Below, piece by piece: positions 53,291 to 64,000 of a DNA stretch of 64,000 nt (position 1 is its first letter; each line of letters begins with the position of its first letter). Source of the DNA: Nitrosopumilaceae archaeon (GTDB lineage: Archaea > Thermoproteota > Nitrososphaeria > Nitrososphaerales > Nitrosopumilaceae); assembly GCA_965208905.1 (NCBI GenBank), contig OZ242365.1, forward strand, positions 128,001-192,000, read 5' to 3'. Made by a program: the position numbers and the translations under genes. The notes below the pieces were generated by a model that ran no database searches, was not told the DNA's origin, and worked only from the letters and a program-made list of their open reading frames with translations.

Positions 53291-54243
53291 GCGTCGGCTC
53301 CCCTCTCTTGCATGCGCAGATCAAGTTTTGTGGTGTCAAGGCCCAGCATAGATTGTTGCTCGTCTATCATCTCTTGCGCCTCACGTACCTTTGCGGGTCT
53401 ATCCCAAAATGTTGTTGCCAAAACCACGGCGCGGGCCCGGTTCTTGGCATCATCGGACTTGAATATTCCAGATCCGACAAATATACCATCACAGCCCAGT
53501 GACATCAAGTATGCAGCATCAGCAGGTGTGGCAACTCCACCGGCAGCAAAGTTTACCACGGGTAGTCTGCCTAGGCGAGCCGTCTGGTATAAAATATCAT
53601 AAGATACACGAAAGTCTCGGGCCAGTCGCATCAAGTCTTGTTTGTCCCCCGAGTCAAGTATTGACTTTGCGCGGCGTATCTCATCATTGACTCTTTTGAT
53701 GTGAGTGATCGCTTCGGCCACATTGCCGGTTCCGGGCTCTCCTTTCGTGCGAATCATGGCAGCACCTTCCTCTATGCGTCGCAAGGCTTCGGCGAGGGAT
53801 CTGGCACCGTTAACGAACGGTGTGGTATAGTCCCATTTCCATATGTGATGGGATTCATCAGCGGGTGTCAGCACTTCAGACTCATCAATCATGTCCACAT
53901 TTATCTCAGATAGAACCCTGGCTTCATATACGTGTCCAATTCTACACTTTGCCATTACAGGTATGGTTACAGAGTCCATAATGTCACGAATCACACTGGC
54001 ACTGGCAGACCTGGCAACACCCCCGGCAGCGCGCACATCAGATGGTAGCTTGTCCAGCACCATCACTGAGACGGCACCCGCTTCTTCGGCAATATTGGCC
54101 TGTTCTATGGTGGTCACATCCATGACAACACCATTCTTTAGCATGTGGGCGAATCCCCGCTTTACTTTGGCGGTACCTCGGACGCTGTCTTTGTCATGTA
54201 GAACCCCTGAAGCATCATCTCGATCTCCGGCCAGTGATATCAT
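53287..54243 (-). CDS. pdxS: PLP synthase lyase subunit
   Basis: [40 protein letters not shown]. Confidence 0.97.
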   Translation of the reverse strand: MISLAGDRDDASGVLHDKDSVRGTAKVKRGFAHMLKNGVVMDVTTIEQANIAEEAGAVSVMVLDKLPSDVRAAGGVARSASASVIRDIMDSVTIPVMAKCRIGHVYEARVLSEINVDMIDESEVLTPADESHHIWKWDYTTPFVNGARSLAEALRRIEEGAAMIRTKGEPGTGNVAEAITHIKRVNDEIRRAKSILDSGDKQDLMRLARDFRVSYDILYQTARLGRLPVVNFAAGGVATPADAAYLMSLGCDGIFVGSGIFKSDDAKNRARAVVLATTFWDRPAKVREAQEMIDEQQSMLGLDTTKLDLRMQERGADA

Positions 54244-54269
54244 AGTAGTAGTAAGTATACTGTATATTT

Positions 54270-54803
54270 TTAGTTATCACGTGTTTGTGTCAAGAGGTCA
54301 TAGAGTTTAGTTTCAACCTGAGTGATTAATGGCGGGATAAATGCATCTGTAACGTTCTGTTCCGGCCAGAATATCTGTGTACTGGCCCCATTGAGTGTTA
54401 TCTTGACAGCGTGTCTTCTATATTCGGTTATACCATCTTTAACAGGAAATGTATCCTCAGGGATTGCCATAAAGCCCGTCTCTTTTATGAGAGCAAGTAT
54501 TCGCATGACTTCATCTTGAGATATCTGATTACGTATTACAGGGCTGGGATAACCATCCTCTGTAATTAAGAGTCGAACATCACCATCCTCTCGTATTGTA
54601 AGTATCTGAGAGATATCCGCCCCTAGCCTCTCAGTTACACCAAATGAGACGACTCTGAGGTCATGTACCGAATACTCTATCTCTATAGAGTCGTTGGGGA
54701 CGGCTGCGGAGAAGGGAATATCTTGCTGTGTTAGAAGTGGTATGCTTATCAGAATTGCTATTAGTGCGGGAATGGCTCCCAGTATAATGATGGTGGGCTT
54801 CAT
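54270..54803 (-). CDS. Membrane-anchored hypothetical protein
   Basis: N-terminal hydrophobic helix. Confidence 0.7.
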   Translation of the reverse strand: MKPTIIILGAIPALIAILISIPLLTQQDIPFSAAVPNDSIEIEYSVHDLRVVSFGVTERLGADISQILTIREDGDVRLLITEDGYPSPVIRNQISQDEVMRILALIKETGFMAIPEDTFPVKDGITEYRRHAVKITLNGASTQIFWPEQNVTDAFIPPLITQVETKLYDLLTQTRDN

Positions 54804-55460
54804 CGTATATGCCACCCACAAAGACCCATCATAATTTACACACCGCCTCTAGACATGGAAAGCCCGGTATTGCGTGTAGTCCTCCTGAAATCAGCACTTG
54901 ATGCCATCCGTATGGTATTAGTATAATTTGTTAAACTGAGGGCCGTATCATATTGTGTCAACTTGAGTGCATAACTATACAGTATAGACTCGTATATTTT
55001 GGTAGGGACATCATACTGTATAATAGTATCTGTGATGGCCAAAGATATCTTGGTGTATAGTCTACACATGATACTGTTCATCATCAAATTGACTACCACA
55101 CGACATGCAAAAAAGTCTTCGGTGTGGTTTATTGGCTCGAATATATGATGAATATATCAAGAACTTGTTCTCACTTTTTTTCTTCAAGAACGAGCCTCCC
55201 TAAAAATACGGGACGTATTACTCGGTTCTGGGTAATCTACGTGATGTGAATTTTGGTGGAAAGCAAGTGACGTGAGAAAAAATGTGGGATTAGGCCGCCG
55301 ACTTTGCGGCAGCCTAAACCCCCTTTTCATTTTAATCCTTGAGAAGAGCCGCTTCTGCGTCCATGTCCCTGATTTAACACTAGATCCTATGTCCCGTCAA
55401 CTTGACAGAACCTTCCAAAACTAAAAGTTAAATAGCAGACAATGTCAATCTGTAAAAGAT

Positions 55461-55793
55461 ATGAATACTAAAGTAATCCTATCGGTAGCTATAATGACAG
55501 TCTTTATGTTGGGTTACTATGGAGCTAGCTCTGTAGCATTTGCTCAATATATGGGAAACATAGGTTCACAAGGTGAAACAGGTCAAAACACATTAGAGGA
55601 GACTCTCTTGTTGGCCCAAAGAAGAATTGAAGCCGCCGAGTCTAATCCCTCCAGTGGTTCAGGAACACCATATCTTGATGCTGGTGGCGTAGTTGGAGCA
55701 TCAATCATTGCAGGAGCCGTATTTGGTGGTATTGCCGCCGCCTTCTTCGTAAGGGCGCGCTCTGGCAAGTATGCTGCAATGGGACGAGGTTAA
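55461..55793 (+). CDS. Small secreted/membrane protein
   Basis: Signal peptide ending AFA and a C-terminal TM helix. Confidence 0.75.
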   Translation: MNTKVILSVAIMTVFMLGYYGASSVAFAQYMGNIGSQGETGQNTLEETLLLAQRRIEAAESNPSSGSGTPYLDAGGVVGASIIAGAVFGGIAAAFFVRARSGKYAAMGRG

Positions 55794-56003
55794 ACTTCTT
55801 TTTCTATATTTTATTGATTCTGTCGCGGTCTCGGCTGTGGGGACCGCGAGTAGATTACAATGTTGTAACATGTAATTCCAATCTACATTAGATACATCTG
55901 TAACAATATACAGCTTGGCGATAATCATACCGCACAAAATCCACAGTCATATGTTTGATGATTGCACCACATGCTTTAAACATCGAGGAGCGTATGTTTC
56001 ATC

Positions 56004-56390
56004 ATGTTAAGCCACATGCTGGAGAACAAACCTGCACTCTTCTCTGTCACGGCAGGTGTGGTGATAGCAATTCTGGCCGTTCCGGTGATCATCCCACATG
56101 TACTACACGGGTATCATATGGCGCATATTGCGCTACACATAGTAGGTCTGACGCTTGCATTATTCCTTACAGTTCTGTCGGTAGCATCATATCGACGGAC
56201 CAGAAGTAGAAGACTCATGATAAGCACTCTGGCGTTTGCATGTTTTGCTGCCTCGGAGGTGGCGCTGTTGATCTATGCAGTATGGCCATTCCTGGACAGT
56301 ATAGGAATACTTCCCATAGAAGAGCTGGGCCACCTACTGGCATTCTCTGCGCTGGGACTACTTGCTATTGCGGTGTTTCGAAATGACTGA
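56004..56390 (+). CDS. 4-TM membrane protein
   Basis: Hydrophobic segments; overlaps the regulator start. Confidence 0.75.
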   Translation: MLSHMLENKPALFSVTAGVVIAILAVPVIIPHVLHGYHMAHIALHIVGLTLALFLTVLSVASYRRTRSRRLMISTLAFACFAASEVALLIYAVWPFLDSIGILPIEELGHLLAFSALGLLAIAVFRND

Positions 56391-56883
56391 CAAGCGGAAC
56401 CACATACTTGAGATAATAGAGAAGAGTCCGGGTATTCGGTTCCGAGAGATAATGCGCATATCTGGTTTGAAGAACGGTGTATTGAGCCACCATCTCAGAC
56501 ACATGGAGGACAGAGGCAGGATTCGGGTATCCCGTGGTCCAGGAAAGGTGCATTATTCTTCGCTGAACATAACTGAAGAGCAGTTCAAGGTGGCAAGAGC
56601 ACTTCAGAGATCCACCACCCGTGCCATACTACTAGCCCTAACAGCAGATGATAACCTTCGGTTTACAGAGATAGTTGAACGGTGCAAAAAATCTCCCTCG
56701 ACTATATCGATATATCTTACAGATATGATAAAGGAGGGGGTGGTAAAAGTCAAGATAGTAGATGCAAAGAAGGTATACTATACAAACTACCGTAGTGAAG
56801 TAAACTTCCTTGTGGATATACAAAAGCCATCCCACATTGACCGGCCTGTGTCCGGATTTGAGGACATTATAAACTCACTATAG
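56383..56883 (+). CDS. Double winged-helix transcriptional regulator
   Basis: PGIRFREI..G.L.HHL; second HTH 'SPSTISIYL'. Confidence 0.85.
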   Translation: MTDKRNHILEIIEKSPGIRFREIMRISGLKNGVLSHHLRHMEDRGRIRVSRGPGKVHYSSLNITEEQFKVARALQRSTTRAILLALTADDNLRFTEIVERCKKSPSTISIYLTDMIKEGVVKVKIVDAKKVYYTNYRSEVNFLVDIQKPSHIDRPVSGFEDIINSL

Positions 56884-56959
56884 CTACGCTTCGGTCAGGC
56901 CAGATTACATGATATATCATACAAGATAATCTGTCAACCAACCGTACTTCATAGTTCAC

Positions 56960-58184
56960 AACTCTGTGTCATAATTCTATTCGCATGTAAATCGGACTCT
57001 GCTCATGTAGAGTTACACGTTACACTTCGACTCCCGGGCTAACGATTCATCCCGCCATCTGTTGTATAGAGATACCTTGAGCTGTATCTCATGTACGATA
57101 TTCTCCCATTTGAGGGCGAGAACATGTTCACCAAACACGCGTTTAAATATAGAAAATACACCCTCCACAACCCATCTCCTGCGGTATCCAATCTTGGCCT
57201 TCCAGTACACCTGATTCTCCCTCTTCTCTTCTTGGCTTAACAGATCTAGCCGTGTAGCCTTGGTACTGCCTCCCAGTTGGTCCCTTACAGATATGCCCCA
57301 TGCAGCGCCAGACCCCCTACTGCGCGGCGTAACATTGATCGTGTGCAGTATGCCTGGAACTACCCCTGCACGCGCACATGCAGCAATGTTGGCCCTTGAG
57401 CCGTACGCGGCATCTCCATATATGATAGTGGGCATCTCTGAACCATCATCTGAACAGTCCGATGTGGTATCTGCAAGAGGTGGCATGCCCGATACGAGTA
57501 GATTTTTGTATCTGGGCATATCAGATGAGATTTCTTGCTCTCCAGACTGGTACGACATCTCAGATGCGCAGTCTGCATCAACACTCTGTCCTAACAGTGA
57601 TTGGAATTTAGTAATATCGCCTACTGACTCGTCTGTAATGGATATGGCGGTTATCTTCATGGTCTGCGTGTCAACCATCGCGTGCATCTTTACAAAACCA
57701 CGTTTTACCTTCCACTTTTTGCTCATCCACTCTCCCCTATTGTGTTGCTTGAGCCCTGTTGCATCGACTGCCAGTATACGAGAATGTTTTTTGTTTGACA
57801 CTGTTATCATTTCATTCTGATTTATATTCACATCAAGCATGCCTATCCGCTTGCGTATATGGCTAAAGGAAGGTGTGTTGGATTCTCCAATCATCTTTCC
57901 GATTATGCCCTCAAGTTGCCTGTACCGGACTCCAATCCCGACCCTGAGGGCAGCGGTTAGCATAATCAATGTCTCCGAATATTGGTACGGAGCACCCACC
58001 TTTCCCTTGTTGGCATGGTTGACCTCACGCTTCCACTCGGGGTTATACTCTATGAACATGTCTGCCCCACGCTTGACGTACTTTTCGTTGTCAGTTTTTA
58101 CCATAAAATAGATGGCTTAATGATGGGAGCTATATGTGTTTTGATCAATGTGGCGGTATTCAAGAATAGTTATGACACAAAGTT
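56960..58184 (-). mobile_element. Complete IS5-family element, 1225 bp, 8-bp TSD
   Basis: TIR AACTCTGTGTCATAA / TTATGACACAAAGTT (14/15); TSD TAGTTCAC at 56952-56959 and 58185-58192. Confidence 0.93.
57013..58104 (-). CDS. IS5-family DDE transposase
   Basis: AVDATG, VKMH, GDAAY, Y.RRW.VEGVFS..KR. Confidence 0.92.
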   Translation of the reverse strand: MVKTDNEKYVKRGADMFIEYNPEWKREVNHANKGKVGAPYQYSETLIMLTAALRVGIGVRYRQLEGIIGKMIGESNTPSFSHIRKRIGMLDVNINQNEMITVSNKKHSRILAVDATGLKQHNRGEWMSKKWKVKRGFVKMHAMVDTQTMKITAISITDESVGDITKFQSLLGQSVDADCASEMSYQSGEQEISSDMPRYKNLLVSGMPPLADTTSDCSDDGSEMPTIIYGDAAYGSRANIAACARAGVVPGILHTINVTPRSRGSGAAWGISVRDQLGGSTKATRLDLLSQEEKRENQVYWKAKIGYRRRWVVEGVFSIFKRVFGEHVLALKWENIVHEIQLKVSLYNRWRDESLARESKCNV

Positions 58185-58343
58185 TAGTTCACCATCATCC
58201 TATATAGGAGATGTACTATGACAACGAATCAACACTCGTGACGGCTCCAGTGTGGAATACCAGAAAAATGCGTGGACAGCACCGGTTAGCGCCACTCTTG
58301 TATATAATTTCCTAAAAATAAAAGTGATAAAAATATGTGCTGA

Positions 58344-59465
58344 CTAATGCATGTGGTCGGAGTCATCATGATCTGAGACCTCGACGGTAACACTAGTCTC
58401 TATGGGTTCGCCATCCCAGTGGTATGGACTGTGGTCATAGGCAAACAAGCTTACTGTAATGGTGTGTGCTCCCGGTTCCAGTGCGGGTATTTGAATCCAG
58501 TCTCCGTAGAGGCGATTGTGATATTCACCATCAATGCTTACCACAACATACCCTTCACCAGGTACATGCTCGCCGTCAACGCCCTCACCAGATATGACAA
58601 AGTCGGTCACCTCCACCTCTAAGTTGTAGCCACTCTTAGCATCAACATGGGCAGTAGCATCAATGGACATTAGGGCGGTTCCGTCCACCGGGACAGGTTC
58701 ATGTTCATGATCGTCTTCGTCCACTATCACTGTAGCCACGGCTTCCACAGGGAATCCGTTGACATACATATCATCGTGGCTGTTTGCATTAAGTGTCACT
58801 CGGATGTGGTGGCTACCTGCCTCCAACCCCGGAATATGATAGTATGGAGTATACGCACGGGTCTTTACACCATCTACGTATATGTGAGCGTGTCCTTCAC
58901 CAGGGACATGATCTTCGTTTACGTTCTCCGGAGCCCATCTCCAGCCTTCTGTCAGTATGTGTATGTTGATGCCGCTGCCGTCCTCTATGGCAACATCTAT
59001 GCCAATAGCTAGTGGCTCTGAGGCCTCCATTGTAGCGTGCATGTGACCGTCTGAGTCTTCATCGTGTGTATGTTCTTCATCCGACACCACAGTAATAGAG
59101 CCCGCCATCCATGGACTATCCACAATATGGAAGTTTATCTCGCCAGCCTCATTGAAGATGCGAGAGTATGTCTGTCCTGGAGCCAGGTCTAGTAGTCCAA
59201 AGTCATCTCCAGCATGATGATCTCCAGACTCGCCGCTTGTAAGTGTGATAGTCTCACTACCGTCGTTGGCCCAAATTATCTCACCGCCAACATCCAGTGT
59301 GGCAGCAGATAAGCTGACGCAGGTGACAGAGTATGCGCATTCATCCTCCGTACCCGACACCAAACTTATGGTTATCTGAACATGATCTGAGTACGATGGC
59401 GCAGCTGCAACTGCTAGCAGTACTGCCAGTACAGTAGCCGATATAACCTTTATTCTCATTAGCAT
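58344..59465 (-). CDS. Secreted cupredoxin-like, His-rich metal-binding protein
   Basis: Signal peptide, plastocyanin-like domain 'PWMAGSITV', two 'HVPGEG' domains, His/Asp linkers. Confidence 0.75.
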   Translation of the reverse strand: MLMRIKVISATVLAVLLAVAAAPSYSDHVQITISLVSGTEDECAYSVTCVSLSAATLDVGGEIIWANDGSETITLTSGESGDHHAGDDFGLLDLAPGQTYSRIFNEAGEINFHIVDSPWMAGSITVVSDEEHTHDEDSDGHMHATMEASEPLAIGIDVAIEDGSGINIHILTEGWRWAPENVNEDHVPGEGHAHIYVDGVKTRAYTPYYHIPGLEAGSHHIRVTLNANSHDDMYVNGFPVEAVATVIVDEDDHEHEPVPVDGTALMSIDATAHVDAKSGYNLEVEVTDFVISGEGVDGEHVPGEGYVVVSIDGEYHNRLYGDWIQIPALEPGAHTITVSLFAYDHSPYHWDGEPIETSVTVEVSDHDDSDHMH

Positions 59466-59600
59466 ATCATAGTATTATTAATTAATAATATCTGTGGTAC
59501 AAATAAGAAAGTTAAAAGTATCTTGATGTACACTAGAGTCTATGCGTAATCGAATTATGAGGTATGATACCGTATACATAAATAGCACAAACCATACATC

Positions 59601-61004
59601 ATGTGTATGGGTATGATAGTACGCACCATCCATGTAACACATGACAACGGGCATCTTTTGGGTGGCTTGTTACATTATGTGGAGGTTGCATCCAACCATG
59701 CTGCGAAGGCATTACGCAGGGGTGTGCGTGGCAAGAAATTATATCATATTGTAGTTCACCGTACCGGCGTATACCACTCGCGCTTCGCCGACTATATAAT
59801 ACAAAACGTGCATGGAAACCACAAGGCATGGCGTACGAATCAGTTGACTGATATGCATGTACGTGCGCCGCACTATCACAACCCTGTGGCGCAGACAGAC
59901 AGGTTCGAGTTGGCATTTGATGATACATCAAAGCGGTGGAATGGCACACCATCAATATATGTACCCATATACGGCAGAGGCCGTCCAGATAAGCCATGGC
60001 TGGTCTTCCCGGTACCACCATATGTAGTGGATGAGCTCACCAAGCCTGGCAGAACGCCAAAGACTGTACTGCTAAGGGGCAATAAAATATACATTACATA
60101 CAAGGAAAGCATTCCGGATTGTGAGCCTGTATCCTGGGCCGGTGTGGACATGAATGCCAAAAACAACACCTATGCATTCGCCGATGGTACTGCAATTATG
60201 CGGCCCAACCGCAATGCACATGAATACAACAAGGCACACAGCAGGATGCTAAAGGTAAAGCGGCGTAGTGATAACCGCATCATGACAAAATATACAAACA
60301 AGGCATGGAGTGTATACAAAAATCGCATCCACAACGATATGTGTGTGGAAGCTCGGAAGATGGCCAATGCCGGATACGGTATAGGGCATGAAACGTTGGG
60401 CATACACCGCTTGTACACCAAAAACGGCAAAACATCACCATTTGTGCGTGGCAAAACAAAGTCCACACTGAATACGGGCCAAAGACAGAACGCCCTCAAA
60501 AACGCAGCCGAGTCCGAGGGCCTGCCGTGTATAGGCATCGAACCACGGAATACGTCCGCTAAATGTCTCAAGTGCGGCGGGAGTCTAGAATATATCGGTA
60601 CAAATACCGGTAAAATACCTACTCGCGGCATGTGGTGCCATACATGCCGTACAATTAGGGAACGGGATGCCAATGCGGGTGCCAACATACTATTTCGTAC
60701 CATACTGGCCCTGATGTGTAATACCACTATGTCATCAAACGCCACACTGTATCACATAACACGGTTGCTGAAAGAGGCGGCCGCTGACCGGGCAATCACA
60801 CATGGCCTGAACATTACACTTCTTAACATCATGCGGCTGTTAGAGGGCCGTAGTGCAGATGCTGAATGGCATCTGTCGGGGGCGCACAAACCGGAACGCC
60901 AGAATTCCGTCGGCGGTGAACCGATGGGCTGTACCGGGGTGGGTGATACCGGCCAGAGCGGGCCGGGACCGCCCAATGTTGCCAAGTTGTGCAATTACGC
61001 ATAA
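59601..61004 (+). CDS. tnpB: Divergent TnpB-like RuvC nuclease
   Basis: GVDMN, GHETL, TSAKCLKC..CHTC, ERDANAGANI. Confidence 0.82.
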   Translation: MCMGMIVRTIHVTHDNGHLLGGLLHYVEVASNHAAKALRRGVRGKKLYHIVVHRTGVYHSRFADYIIQNVHGNHKAWRTNQLTDMHVRAPHYHNPVAQTDRFELAFDDTSKRWNGTPSIYVPIYGRGRPDKPWLVFPVPPYVVDELTKPGRTPKTVLLRGNKIYITYKESIPDCEPVSWAGVDMNAKNNTYAFADGTAIMRPNRNAHEYNKAHSRMLKVKRRSDNRIMTKYTNKAWSVYKNRIHNDMCVEARKMANAGYGIGHETLGIHRLYTKNGKTSPFVRGKTKSTLNTGQRQNALKNAAESEGLPCIGIEPRNTSAKCLKCGGSLEYIGTNTGKIPTRGMWCHTCRTIRERDANAGANILFRTILALMCNTTMSSNATLYHITRLLKEAAADRAITHGLNITLLNIMRLLEGRSADAEWHLSGAHKPERQNSVGGEPMGCTGVGDTGQSGPGPPNVAKLCNYA

Positions 61005-61156
61005 ACTCTACTCAAGCAGGAATACGAATATCTCCTTGGTGTATAATTAGATGAACCACATGTGGCGTATGGGAACAAATAGTAGGGCTTGATTGTGTGC
61101 GACTCATGAGTGGTCTTGGATCGTTTAAATTAAAGCATACAGCGGATAATAATTGT

Positions 61157-61300
61157 GGGGTCGTAGCCTAGCCTGGTAGGGCGACAGTGCAAAGTCACCG
61201 CTAAGGGCTCCAGAGGTGAACTAAGCTACTGATGAAAGGATGATGTAAGTTTGGAGCTGTAGTGACCCGTAGGTCGCCGGTTCGATTCCGGTCGGCCCCA
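61157..61300 (+). tRNA. tRNA-Trp(CCA) with two introns (~61186-61204 and ~61214-61264)
   Basis: Removing both inserts gives ACGGG-CTCCAGA-CCCGT anticodon arm, GGTTCGATTCC T-arm, GGGGTCG/CGGCCCC acceptor stem. Confidence 0.9.
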
Positions 61301-61302
61301 CA

Positions 61303-63576
61303 TCAAACATTAAGTGTATTTAGTGCCGAGCCGGCCCGGAACCACTCTAGTTGAGACTGACTATACGAATGATTCAAAGATATTGTGTCCTCATCGCCAG
61401 ATGAGTGATGCAATACGCACGATACAGGATTGCCCGGTGAGATATCCAAGAGTCCAGTTATAGATATGTGATCATCCTCAAGCATCTTATCATAATCAGA
61501 TTTATCGGCAAATGTAAGGGCTAGTACGCCTTGTTTCTTCAGATTTGTCTCATGTATGCGCGCAAAACTACGTGCAATAACTGCAACACATCCCAGATAG
61601 CGCGGTGTCATGGCAGCATGCTCACGACTGCTACCCTCACCATAATTTTCATCGCCAACTATAATCCACCGTAACCCTGCTTTTTGATACTCCCGGGCAA
61701 TGGTAGAAAAGTCACCCACATCATCAGTAAGAAGATTTTTGCCAGTACCCACCTCACCAGTGTAATCGTTTACTGCACCCAACAGCATGTTATCACTGAG
61801 ATTGTCAAGATGTCCCCGAAATGACAACCAAAGGCCTGCCGGAGATATATGGTCTGTGGTACACTTTCCCCGAGCCTTCACCAGCAGACGTAGATTGGCC
61901 ATATCTTTGCCATCCCACGCCTCAAATGGTTGGATTCGTTGGAGCCTCTTACTGGCAGGGTCTATTATTACATCTACATTGATACCATCTTTTGGAGGCG
62001 GCACATAGACGCCGGTAGGAGTTTCAAAACCACCTTCTGGAACTTCAGGGGCGACAGGGGGCGGTTCCAACATAAAACTGGTACCGTCTGGCGACTCTAA
62101 TGTATCCTGTAGAGGATTGAATGATAGACGTCCACCCAATGCCATGGCAATTACTATCTCAGGACTCCCTATGAAGTTGAGCGTGTTTCTACGGCCATCG
62201 TTTCGACCTGGAAAGTTGCGGTTGAACGATGTGATTATAGAGTTTGTCTCGTCTTGTTTTAGTTCAGGTCGACTCCATTGGCCAATACAAGGACCGCACG
62301 CATTGGCCAATACTGTGGCACCTATATCCATTAAAGATTGCATTTGACCATCACGTTGAATTGTGGATCGTATCTGTTCAGAACCTGGCGTTACCAATAA
62401 TGGTACTTTAGATATCACTCCCCGAGCATGAGCCTGTCTAGCTATGCTAGCAGCCCGCGACATATCTTCATATGAAGAGTTGGTACAACTACCCACCAAC
62501 GCAACAGATATGACATCAGTATACTCGCCTTGCACAACATCATCAGATAGTAAAGATATTGGTCGTGTAAGGTCGGGGGTGTGAGGACCTGCTATGTGTG
62601 GTTCAAGTTCTGATAGGTCAATGTATATTATTTCAGAGTAGTATGCAGATGGATCACTCTCCACCTCAGCATCGGGTACTAGAATATCACGGTTTTGGTT
62701 TGCCAGATTTGCAATCTCTGCGCGGTTTGTGGACTTTAGATAAGTCTCCATTCTAGCATCATATGGAAATATTGAGCATGTAGCTCCCATCTCAGCACCC
62801 ATATTTGTTATGGTTGCCTTTCCGGTGCAACTTATACTAGAGACGCCAGGTCCAAAGTACTCCACTATGGCGTTAGTTCCCCCAGAGACACTTAGGTTAT
62901 CCAATACCTTTAGTATTACATCTTTTGGAGATGCCCAGGATTGCAGCTTACCTGTCAGGTATACACCGATTCTGCGAGGATACAGCACCTCCCATGGAAG
63001 GCCAGCCATCACTTCGGCGGCATCAATACCACCCACACCCACTGCAATCATTCCCAACCCGCCGGCGTTAGGCGTATGAGAGTCAGTTCCAATCATAAGA
63101 CCGCCAGGAAATGCATAATTTTCTAGTACCACTTGATGTATGATTCCAGCTCCCGGCTTCCAAAAGCCACATCCGTATCGGGCAGCTGCAGACTTTAGAA
63201 ACTCAAAGACCTCGTTGTTCTCGTTTAATGATATCTTCATATCCGAATCACTCTCTGTTCGGGCACGAATCAAGTGATCACAGTGAACCGTTACAGGTAG
63301 TGCCACGCAGTCTAGGCCCGCCTGCATGAACTGAAGCATCACCATTTGTCCGGTGACATCCTGCAAGGCCACACGGTCTGGCTTCAAATGTACATAGTTA
63401 TGTTTTCCATCCAGACTTGAGTTAGGGACACTTATCATGTGGCCTGCAAGTATCTTCTCTGTAAGTGTTAGAGGCCGCTTTACAGTATCTCGGTATAACT
63501 CTGCGTTCTTGTGTATTCTATCATATGCTGCGCAGACCATCTCTGTAGTACTGGCAATCTCCATGACTGCCGGCAT
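61303..63576 (-). CDS. Aconitate hydratase
   Basis: DRVALQD, HCDH, GTDSHT, GSCTNS, ANACGPCIG, TTDHISP, GSSREHAA. Confidence 0.97.
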   Translation of the reverse strand: MPAVMEIASTTEMVCAAYDRIHKNAELYRDTVKRPLTLTEKILAGHMISVPNSSLDGKHNYVHLKPDRVALQDVTGQMVMLQFMQAGLDCVALPVTVHCDHLIRARTESDSDMKISLNENNEVFEFLKSAAARYGCGFWKPGAGIIHQVVLENYAFPGGLMIGTDSHTPNAGGLGMIAVGVGGIDAAEVMAGLPWEVLYPRRIGVYLTGKLQSWASPKDVILKVLDNLSVSGGTNAIVEYFGPGVSSISCTGKATITNMGAEMGATCSIFPYDARMETYLKSTNRAEIANLANQNRDILVPDAEVESDPSAYYSEIIYIDLSELEPHIAGPHTPDLTRPISLLSDDVVQGEYTDVISVALVGSCTNSSYEDMSRAASIARQAHARGVISKVPLLVTPGSEQIRSTIQRDGQMQSLMDIGATVLANACGPCIGQWSRPELKQDETNSIITSFNRNFPGRNDGRRNTLNFIGSPEIVIAMALGGRLSFNPLQDTLESPDGTSFMLEPPPVAPEVPEGGFETPTGVYVPPPKDGINVDVIIDPASKRLQRIQPFEAWDGKDMANLRLLVKARGKCTTDHISPAGLWLSFRGHLDNLSDNMLLGAVNDYTGEVGTGKNLLTDDVGDFSTIAREYQKAGLRWIIVGDENYGEGSSREHAAMTPRYLGCVAVIARSFARIHETNLKKQGVLALTFADKSDYDKMLEDDHISITGLLDISPGNPVSCVLHHSSGDEDTISLNHSYSQSQLEWFRAGSALNTLNV

Positions 63577-64000
63577 CTCTAACCAAATTTAACACTTGAC
63601 ATTTTAGGGTTCGGTCCCATAAGATTGGGTGCGAATAAACAAAATTATGTTAATGATCTTAAATATCAGTAATAATTATTGCAGATACAAGGTAAGACAA
63701 TACAAAAATCATAAGGGACGCACAGACAAAAGTGATCAAATAGATGAAAACTGATGGCATGTGGCTTCCAAAAGTCAGCCAAAATGTCGCAAGATAAAAT
63801 GATACTGATAACATCCTATGAGCTGCGCAGCATTACACATGAGTGACTCTCAATGGGATAATACATGTACAAGTTTGTATACTATCGACTTTTGTATGAT
63901 GTTCTGGACAACTATGGTATAGAAATTTTGGAGTTACTGGGCATCGGGCTAGGCCATGACATATACAGGTAACTGGGTGTCGGAACGTATGCTTTGTGGT

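Overview
Archaeal DNA, most consistent with a Nitrosopumilaceae/Cenarchaeum-like thaumarchaeote (intron-containing tRNA-Trp, LysW carrier, thaumarchaeal-type core genes); the taxonomy is inferred, not checked. 1-7 kb is a surface-polysaccharide cluster with IS remnants. 7.5-35 kb is a mobile/defence island: an AAA ATPase plus putative nuclease, an IS110 nested inside an IS1595, two homologous bridge-RNA-like non-coding modules whose variable loop matches each module's own flank, a 17.4-kb segment bounded by 22-bp perfect inverted repeats (DUF499/DUF1156/SNF2-DUF3883 operon, SIR2, HEPN-like and YwgA-like genes, SWIM-IS6 transposase), a 3.7-kb IS6-type cargo transposon with an 8-bp TSD carrying a methyltransferase-HNH fusion, and a divergent tnpB. 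35-64 kb is mostly core genes (pepF, ppa, lysW, two tmk, purB, valS, pdxS/T, aconitase, two tRNAs), with an intact IS5-family element and a second tnpB. No CRISPR array or rRNA was seen. All family calls come from motif recognition by eye; no database searches were run.
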